Origin: the human T2T-CHM13v2.0 reference genome, Homo sapiens
NCBI RefSeq assembly: GCF_009914755.1
Contig: NC_060945.1
Direction: 5' to 3' (one strand)
Length of the DNA: 64,000 nucleotides
Shown: positions 54,525-64,000 of the stretch, piece after piece
Layout of the letters: every line of letters begins with the position of its first letter
How positions within the stretch are numbered: the stretch's first letter is position 1
Translations under genes and position numbers: made by a program
Notes under the pieces: generated by a model
Database searches by the model: none
What the model was told of the DNA's origin: nothing
Seen by the model: the letters and a program-made list of their open reading frames with translations, nothing else

Positions 54525-57038
54525 CTATTATTCTAGAATCCGCCTTTTCCATTTATATTGTGTACATCTTTCCATGCCAGGATGAAAATTCCACCTGAAC
54601 TGTTTTACAGCTACATGGCATTACTCTATATAGATGCTCCATAAATTATGTGGAACAGTGATGTTTCCTTTTTTATTATTATTACTGCAATGAATGTGGC
54701 AATAACTTCTTCATATAGGGATCTTTGTGACACTTTTGTTGAAGAAAATGCTATGGTGAGATTACATACAATACAAATTATAAACACCTATTTTATTATC
54801 TCGGGTTTATTTCAGCAAGGCATAATACTGCCAAGAGATGCCCTGTGACAGTCTTCGGTCAACAAGAAACCTGGACATAAAGGGAGGCTGCTGTGCCCCG
54901 GACACTGGCCCCCAGTGTGAGAAGGGCTCCTGGTAGAAGCCGCGGCAGCCTGGGAGCCCTCAAGCTGGCTGCCATGAGCCAGCTGGAGAACCTGGGAGCA
55001 TCCATCCACCAACTGGGCCCCAAACACACCATTCAGTAAAGGAAGGTCCTTCTTATTTCACCACAGCCTCTAGAACCACTGGTCTGGGGAGGTGACAGCA
55101 GTCAGGCATGAACCAGACAAGAAGGTCACCAAGCCAGCTGATTTGGGAATGCTGGGGCAGGACACAGAGGACAGCAAGCGCCAAGGGACTCCACGCCTTG
55201 TCCGGCCACTGGGGATGAACAGCTGTCTAGGACTCCTTCTGTCCCACATAAGTGCATCAATGAAAGAGGGCACCCACCCTCTCTGCAGCTACACCCCCGT
55301 CACCGTGGCTTAGTGGCAATGGGGTCACGGGCCATGGACCCTAGAGCTGGGCAAGAACTGTAACCATCTGTCTAGAAGATGCTGATAAACCTCTCTGTTT
55401 TGATCCAAATAAGTCAAAGAGAGGCAAAGTGACTGGGCCAAGAGCAGCAGGCCATGCTAGCACCCACAGCCACGGTGGCCACATCCCCTGGTGTGCCGCC
55501 ATCCCAGCCACGCTCGATTTGATTGCAGGCTCAGACTCCACCATGAGCGTGGCAGGGTCAGCAGAGTTATTCCCGGTGTTTAAAGACACAGCCTGCGGAC
55601 TCTCATTATTTAGTCCTCTCATTCACTAATCTGTTCTATTCTCCATCCTAATCCCTCAACCCTGGTCTTCCAAGGTAAAGATTTCAGTGCATCTTTGACA
55701 TGTCTGTATCTTCAGACAAGGGCCCTAACATATCAAAGGCACTTAGTGTTTGTTGCTTAGATATCTAAAATGACATTTTCTTCACTGGCCCTTAAGGCAA
55801 GCACAACAGCAAAAACCAACAGCCGTTCGACTTCTGTGAGGCAAGCACGGGTTTTAGAAATACTAGGGTAGAGAGGCGGCCCTGGAAGCCATCAAAGAAT
55901 AAAGAGAAAAAGAAGAAACTTATCACCAAGGAGCAAAGACTTGGCCAGATGTCTGCCAAAATAGCAGGGTGAGACAAATCGATGGGAGGACAGTTAATTC
56001 CCTAATAGGCATTTTAAGTGCACTTGTAAACGGCCTCTTGTTTGTGAAGGGTCTGGAACAGGACCAAAACCCACAAACTCACTAGGATCTTCAAGCAGGG
56101 GAATTCCAAACTAATGCAAAAAGCCTTGTTCAAACACAGAAGTGCTCTACCTAAAAATAGTTCTAATTACTTTTTAAGACAGGTTTTCAAAATATTGGTT
56201 TAATTTTACACTGTTTATTTAAAATTGGTAATAGTTACCCTAATCGATTTTTAACAATGAACATTTTTTTAAAACCACACTGGACGGCTCAACTGTTCCT
56301 TTAATGAGCTTCCAAATAGGCCTACGGAGGAGCCAACACCCCACAAATACTGCAGACACGACAGGCGCCTTCAACCTCTACACACAGACAGGCCTCCCGC
56401 CACTCTGGGCCTCTGCAGCAGGCGTGCTGCCCCGCTGGCATGAGTGCAGGTGCGCCTGCATTAACACATGAAACAAGCAGGTTACACATCAGTTCATGTA
56501 TATGATCTCCTGCTTCTACAGAAATAAAAAGAGCTGCCCCGATACAAGTATACAGCCGCACAGTCCACTAATGAGGACAGCCCAGACTGTGGGACTCGCC
56601 ATCCATCTCATAACTGCCTTGGGGGCCACATTACACACAAACACAGATTCCAGAAACCTTCAGACACCGAAAAAACATGTGCCATAGGCCCAAGCAATTA
56701 GGATATTACAAATGATCAGGAAATGGCAGGCGTGCTGTACCATCTGAATAGCGTTTGATGATTTTTTAAAAACATTTTGTTTATCCAAAATACTAATTTT
56801 CATATCAATTTAACCTCCACAGACAACACTTAGCTGCAATCTGTTTCTCAGACCAACCCATAGAGCATTAAGAATTAATGTGATCCAAGCAACTGGCGAA
56901 TTCCAAAAGCATCATGAAGCTTAAGATCACTTCAAGCCAGAGCCCACACTTGTTTCACAGCCCTCACTTTTCCGGTCCTTGCCCTCTAGAGCACTTCTCA
57001 ATGCAACAAAATCCAACCCAAGACCTTGCTGCAAATTA

Positions 57039-57402
<364 letters not shown>

Positions 57403-58179
57403 TTACAAATTTCAACTTCCTAAATTTTATTTAACCTCACTTTGCTGAAAATACACTAAGAATGGCCAAAAATTGCACATCTAAGGTAGAAAGAAGAAAA
57501 AGCAAAGTGAGTCAAGGCCATAGAACACTCTAAAATCAGGGGTCCATGTGTTTCTCTTTCCAAGCAACGTCACCCTAAGTTAAATGCCACGAATCCCAGA
57601 ACCACACTGCTCACTTACTAAGCCATGTCTTGGGTCGGAAAGAACACAAGGCCAACAAGTCCAGACAAGGCAACAGAAAAAGGAGATGCAGCACACGAAG
57701 ATACGAACTGGGAGGAAAGGAGAAGAAAAAGAAGTCCTGGCCCAAAGGCAGGGCAGGCAAGGCTGCGCTAACATGCCTGGTGTGGTCAGACACATCTTTG
57801 AGGACCCTTTTCTCGTCAAAATTTCACACCTGAAGGGGCTACTTCTGGAAGCCAAAGCCACCTACGCCATTTGAGGTTATTTTAACCACGATCATACAAC
57901 ATTCCAAAATTACCACCTTAAAACTCTCAAATATATAATACATATATTACATAATTATAACTAAACCTTTGACTGGCTCTAAGGAAACACTCATTTCTTT
58001 TGGATCAATGCTCAGGTTCTCTGCTTTCAGACCAGCAGCCTAGACGAGAGCTGGGCATTACTGGAGAACTCAGTCTTTTTTCCAGCTGATGCTTTTGGAC
58101 ACAGTCACACTGCTGATGTGATTCTTACATCTGACTTCCAGCAAAGCCCTAAAAACTAGTACACCTAAAATTAACTTAC

Positions 58180-58225
58180 ATGATCAATGCCTCCCATTCA
58201 AAAAAGTTCTCTTCATTCATGGGGC
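58180..58225 (-). CDS. UBE2G2: UBE2G2 coding exon 3 (46 nt)
   Basis: cag|GCCCCATGAATGAAGAG...TTGATCAT|gtaagt encodes (G)PMNEENFFEWEALI(M); 94-nt intron separates it from exon 2. Confidence 0.96.
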
Positions 58226-58319
58226 CTGTAAGGTGAGAAAAAATTTCACAACATTTTAACTTTGAAGGAACTTTGGCAATTAAAAGTAAATTATAAGGAA
58301 GTTAACTTTGGTACCTTAC

Positions 58320-58355
58320 CTGCTACAATTCCTTCCGGAGGATTCAGTGTTAATT
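58320..58355 (-). CDS. UBE2G2: UBE2G2 coding exon 2 (36 nt)
   Basis: Minus strand tatag|AATTAACACTGAATCCTCCGGAAGGAATTGTAGCAG|gtaagg encodes (Q)LTLNPPEGIVA(G), matching the UBE2G2 N-terminus; exon 1 is not in the window. Confidence 0.96.
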
Positions 58356-58498
58356 CTATAAAATTAATAAGTAAAACCATTACCAAACAGAATAAATGTT
58401 ACATTGTCATTTTAACAAAACACCTTTACAAAATATATAAGCCTATAAACCATAGAATATGCATATTAACAAGTGAAAATTCTGTTTGCCCAAAGTGA

Positions 58499-58847
<349 letters not shown>

Positions 58848-59362
58848 CAAATAGTTCTTTATACCAACAAAACATAGACTTTTCTTTTTCTTTTTCTTTT
58901 TACAAATGCAAAAGCAAACATAAGGGGTACACTGTCTTTCCAAACTGTTCCTGCTGGTTACTTTGTTGCTTAGTTTTGAGACAGGGTCTCACTCTGGTTG
59001 CCCAGGCTGGAGTCCAGTGGGCAACCAGAGTGAGACTGGGGAAATTAATAAAACAGTAAGCAAACATACAGAAAAAAAAAAATCAATGAAACCAAAAGGT
59101 GGTTCTTTGAAGAGACAGAAAATTAATAAATCCTTGCCAAATAAATATAAGGTATAAGGACTGAAAAAGAAATAAAACTCATTATTCACAGATGCTATGT
59201 CCATATATACAGGAAAGCCCAAAAGAATCTAAAGATAATTAGTAAAAGTGAGTTTGGCACAGTTGCTGAATATGAGGCATATATATATCTTTCTAAAAGA
59301 TATATAAAAATGCAAACAATCCAGAATAGCCAAGACACTATCTTTAAAAAGAATAAACAGAG

Positions 59363-59685
<323 letters not shown>

Positions 59686-59998
59686 CTATGAGTTACCAAG
59701 CCTTCCTTACAGAGCTATGGAAATTAAGGCAACGTAGCACTGGCTCAAAGTTAAATTGAACAATGGGGCACAAGAGAAAGCCCAGAAGCATACCTGTACC
59801 AACAGAGACCCTGACTCGAGGGAACACAGAGCTATGGCCCAGAGGCAAAGGGCAGTCTTTTCCATGAATGATGCTCATCTCTAAGACAAAAAAAAATCAA
59901 ACTTTCCCCATCTCACACCACATATAAAAATCAAAATAGGTAAGAAGAAAAATGGAGGCAGAGTTGAAAAGAGCCACTGTCAGAGTCAACACGAATGA

Positions 59999-60318
59999 TG
60001 CTGTGGTCCAAACGCTTGCGTCCCCCCAAAATTCCTATGTTGAATCCTAATGTATGTGGTATTGGGAGGTGGGACCTTTGGGAGGAGATTAGGTCAGGAG
60101 GGCAGAACTCTCATGAATGGAGTTAGTGCCTTTATAAGAAGAAACGAGAGATTTGCCTCTGGCCATGTAAGGGCACAAGGAGAAGACAGTCATCTGCAAA
60201 CCAGGAAGACAGCCCTCACCAGACTTCCCAGCCTCCAGAATTGGGAGCAATAAATGTTTGTTGTTTAAGCTCCCTGGTCTTTGGTATTTTTTTACAGCAG
60301 CCTGAACTGACTAAAACA
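59999..60318 (+). mobile_element. MLT1A-type solo LTR inside old L1
   Basis: tgctgtggtccaaacgcttgcgtccccccaaaattcctatgttgaa...gcagcctgaactgactaaaaca. Confidence 0.85.
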
Positions 60319-60693
60319 GATGGCAAATAAGCACATGAGAAAATGCTCAACATTGTGAATCATAAGGGTAATGCAAATTAAAACCACAATAAGATACAGC
60401 TCAATAGCTTCAGCATTATCAGTATCTTTAGTCACAAAAGAATGGCCAAAATTAAAGACTTAAAGTGCTGGCAAGTTTAGCAAGTAGATCTCTCATGCAC
60501 CACTGATGGGAATGCAAAATGGTTTGGTTACCCTTTGGGAAAGAAGTTTGACCATTTCCACTAAAATTACATATATATTGACTCTAAGACCCAGCAATTC
60601 TACTGGGTCTTATGTTGCCATAGACTTTTGTGTGAATGTTCATAGTAGCTAAATTCGTAATAGCCCCAAACTGGAAACAACCCAAATGTCCAT

Positions 60694-62935
60694 TGATATG
60701 GTTTGGCTTTGTGTCCCCACACAAATTTCATCTTGAATTGTAATCTCCAGGTGTTGAGGGAGGAACCTAGTGGAAGGTGACTGGATCATGGGGGCAATTT
60801 CCTCCATGCTGTTCTCATGACAGTGAGTTCTCATGAGATCTGGTGGTTTTATAAGTGTTCGAAAGTTCCTCCTTCACTCTTCTTTCTTGCCACCTTGTGA
60901 AGAAGGTGCTTGCTTCCCCTTCGGCTTCTGTCATGATAAGTTTCCTGAGGCCTCCCTAGCCATGTGGAACTGTGAGTCAATTAAACCTCTTTCCTTTATA
61001 AATTATCCAGTCTCAGGGAAGTTCTTATAGGAGTGTGAAAACAGATGAATACAGTAAATTGGTACCAGGGGTACTGCTATAAAGATAACCTGAAAATGTG
61101 GAAGCAACTTCAGAACTGGGTAGCAGGCAGAGGTTGGAACAGTTTGAAGGGCTTAGAAGAAGGAAGATGTGGGAAAGTCTGGAACTTCCTAGAGACTTGC
61201 TGAATGCTTTTGACCAAAATGCTGATAGTGACATGGACAATGAAGCCCAGGCTGAGGTGGTCTGAAAAAGAGAAGAGGAACTTCTTGGGAACTGGAGCAA
61301 TGGTCACCCTTGCTATGTTTCAACAAAGAGAATGGTGAGATTTTGCCCCTGCCCTAGAGATCTGTGGAACTTTGAACTTGAGAGAGATGATCTGAAATTG
61401 GAACTCGTGTTTAAAAGAAAGCAGGGAATAAAAGTTTGAAAACTTCGCAGCATGACGGTGCAATAAAAAAGAAAAACCCATTTTCTGGAGAGAAATTCAA
61501 ATAAGTAACAAGGAGCCAAATATTAATCGCCAAGACAATGGGGTAAATGTCTCCAGAGCATGTCAGAGATCTTGGCAGCAGCCCCTCCCATCACAAGCAG
61601 GGAGGCCTAGGAGGGAAAAATGGTTTTGTGGGCCAGGCCCAGCCCCGCTGCTACTCTGTGCAGCCTTGGTACTTGGTGCCCTGTGTCCCAGCTGTTCCAG
61701 CTCCAGCCATAGCTAAAAAGGGCCAAGGTACCGCTCAGGCTGTTGCTTCAGAGAGTACAAACCCCAAGCCTTGGCAGCTTCCACGTGGTGTTGGGCCTGT
61801 GGGTGCAAAGAATTCAATAACTGACGTTTGGGAACCTTCACCTACATTTCAGAGGATGTAGGGAAACGCCTGGATGTCCAGACAGAAATCTGCTGCAGGG
61901 GCAGGGCCCTCATGGAGAACATCTGCTAGGGCATTGCAGAAGGGAAATGTGGGGTTGGAGCTCCCAGAGTCCCCACTGGGGCACTGCCTAGTGGAGCTGT
62001 GAGAAGAGGACAACCATCCTCCAGACCCCAGAACGGTAGATCCACCAAGAGCTTTGCACTGTGCACCTAGAAAAGCCAAAGACACTCAATGCCCACCATG
62101 AAAGTAGCTGAAGGGGGTGGGTGTGGGAGGGCTGTACCCTACAAAGCCACAGGGGCAGAGCTGCCCAAGACCATGAAAGCCACTCCCTGTATCAGTGTGC
62201 CCTGGATGTGAGACACGGGGTCACAAAGGAGACCATTTTGAGCTTTAAGATTTAATGACTGCCCAGCCGGATTTCGGACTTGCATGGGGGCCTGTAGCCC
62301 TTTGTTTCGGCCAATTTCTTCCATTGGTAATGGGAGTATTTATCCAATGCCTGTATTTCCATTGTATCTTGAAAGTAACTAACTTGCTTTTGATTTTACA
62401 GGCTGCTAGGCAGAGGGGACTTACCTTGTCAGAGATGAGACTTTGGACTTGGACTTTTGAGTTAATGACGAAATGAGTTAAGACTTTGGGGGCCTTGCTG
62501 GGAAGGCATGATTTGTTTTGAAATGGAATGGTTTTGAAAGGAACATGAGATTTGGGAGGGGTAGGGGGAGAAATGACATGGTTTGGCTTTGTGTCCCTAC
62601 CCGAATCTCACCTTGACTTGTAATCCCCAAAGTGTTGAGCGAGGAACCTGGTAGGAGGTGACTGGATCATGGGGGCAGTTTCCCTCATGCTGTTCTCGTG
62701 ATAGCGAGTTCTCAGGAGACATGATGGTTCTATAAGTGTGTGGCAAGTTCTTCCTTGGCTTGCTCTTCTCTCTCCTACCGCCTTGAGAAGAGGTCTGTTT
62801 CCCTTTCTGCCATGACTATAAGTTTCCTGAGGCCTCGTCAGTTATGCAGAACTGTGAGTCAACTAAACCTCTTTCCTTTATAATTACCCAGTCTCAGGTA
62901 GTATCTTTATGGCAGTATAAGAACGGACTAATGTA
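60694..62935 (+). mobile_element. Full-length THE1 (D-like) MaLR: LTR 60694-61053, internal, LTR 62574-62935
   Basis: Two THE1-type LTRs; internal region starts gtaaattggtaccagg and ends with PPT gggaggggtagggggagaaa; antisense to UBE2G2 intron 1. Confidence 0.9.
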
Positions 62936-64000
62936 CCGATTAACCGTTTAATGAACCCACAACCTTGGGTAGAACAAGGCCTACCCAAGGAAAAATTATT
63001 TCACTCAAAATACCACTAACACCTGCTGAGAAGCCCTGATCCAGGAAACAGAGGTCCTGAAGAGACCTAAGTGCTGTCACAAGGGTGTGCTGACACCCAG
63101 CAGTGAGAGAAGGCAGAGTGGCAAGGAGGGGCCAGCAAGGCAGGCCAAAGGCAAGTGCTGGCCCCAAGGGCCAAGTGCATTAAACATTTCAGGGGTGGGT
63201 GGGAACTGAATGTGAATGAGGTCAAGTACCAAGCCGACTAAGACCTTGGATTTCACAAGCCACACCCTGATGTTCTCCCTTTGTGTCTCTTCATGTGGAG
63301 TAGATCAGGAGAAATAACCACAGAACCTAATTTGCTAGGCTTCCTACACCCAGTCATCTAAAATCTAGTCCCATTCTTGTGTCTCAAGCCAAACCGCCTA
63401 ATTATAAGAAAAAAATAACAGATTAAGGCAGATAGACTGTAAACTGCTAAGCAGGTGGGGTGCGGGAGAAACACAATGTCAGTGGGCAACTAAGTAGAGG
63501 CCTGGCAGCAGAACACACAAAAGCTTTACAAATCACCTTCGTGGGACCATGAAGAAGAGCTCGTACCAAAGAGAGCTGGCTTTATTCTTCATCTGGAGTT
63601 CCCCTTTGGCACTCCCCTGCGTGACACCCTCCCTTAGGGAGGGGAAAGGGTGGTCTAAAAACTGCAGCTCCAGACCTGCTCCTGGCAATGCAGGCTCAGC
63701 ACAGAGACCTGCCCGGGTGTGCGCTGGCCTTCCCGCCAGCTTTGTTATTCAACAGTGGCCTCTACTGGTCAATAAAGAATTGCAGCAAATGAGTTCAGAG
63801 GCTGGAGGGAATGGTTCAGGGCACTTGATTTTTTCCATTTTGTTTTTTGCTTCCAAAGCATATACACGCGTACACAAAATAATATACAGTTTCATGTTTA
63901 CTGATAAGAAACAAGTTCAAAAAAAGAGACGAATCTTGGTATCAGGGAAATTTTCAGAGGCCATTCCTTGCCACTTAAAATAGTGGCTTAACAAATAGCT

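Noticed and set aside
63530-63660. Possible alternative UBE2G2 exon in intron 1 (tttttag|acc...gaag|gtgatt on minus)
   Set aside because: Splice signals are only moderate and it contains an internal AATAAA; cannot be supported from sequence alone

Overview
Primate (human-like) genomic DNA, rich in Alu, L1, L2 and LTR elements. The only supported protein-coding gene is UBE2G2 (Ubc7-class E2 ubiquitin-conjugating enzyme) on the minus strand. Coding exons 2-6 lie at 58320-58355, 58180-58225, 47556-47674, 43804-43944 and 41634-41746. They splice in frame with GT-AG junctions to give ...QLTLNPPEGIVAG...HPNIYPDGRVC...QKSLGL*. Exon 1 lies beyond the right edge, and the 3' UTR (about 2.3-2.8 kb, two Alus) runs to AATAAA signals at about 39.3 and 38.9 kb. 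From recalled genome organisation, not verified here, this is the chr21q22.3 interval between TSPEAR and UBE2G2. The left 38 kb looks intergenic. It holds a full-length MLT1A-type MaLR, a MER21 LTR, a full-length MER61-type ERV1 provirus with an Alu/GGAA insertion, a nest of LTRs (MER4/MER4A/MER9), a solo LTR3, and several minisatellites. I found no new protein-coding system. The least explained structures are: a gapless 232-bp, 91%-identical inverted repeat (19494-20222); a provirus whose 3' LTR lacks exactly a 68-nt GT-AG-bounded segment present in its 5' LTR; a snap-back Alu hairpin; a 25-bp long-range inverted repeat; a G4-prone VNTR; and inverted Alus bracketing UBE2G2 exons 2-3. Repeat subfamily names come from memory of consensus sequences and need RepeatMasker/Dfam confirmation.
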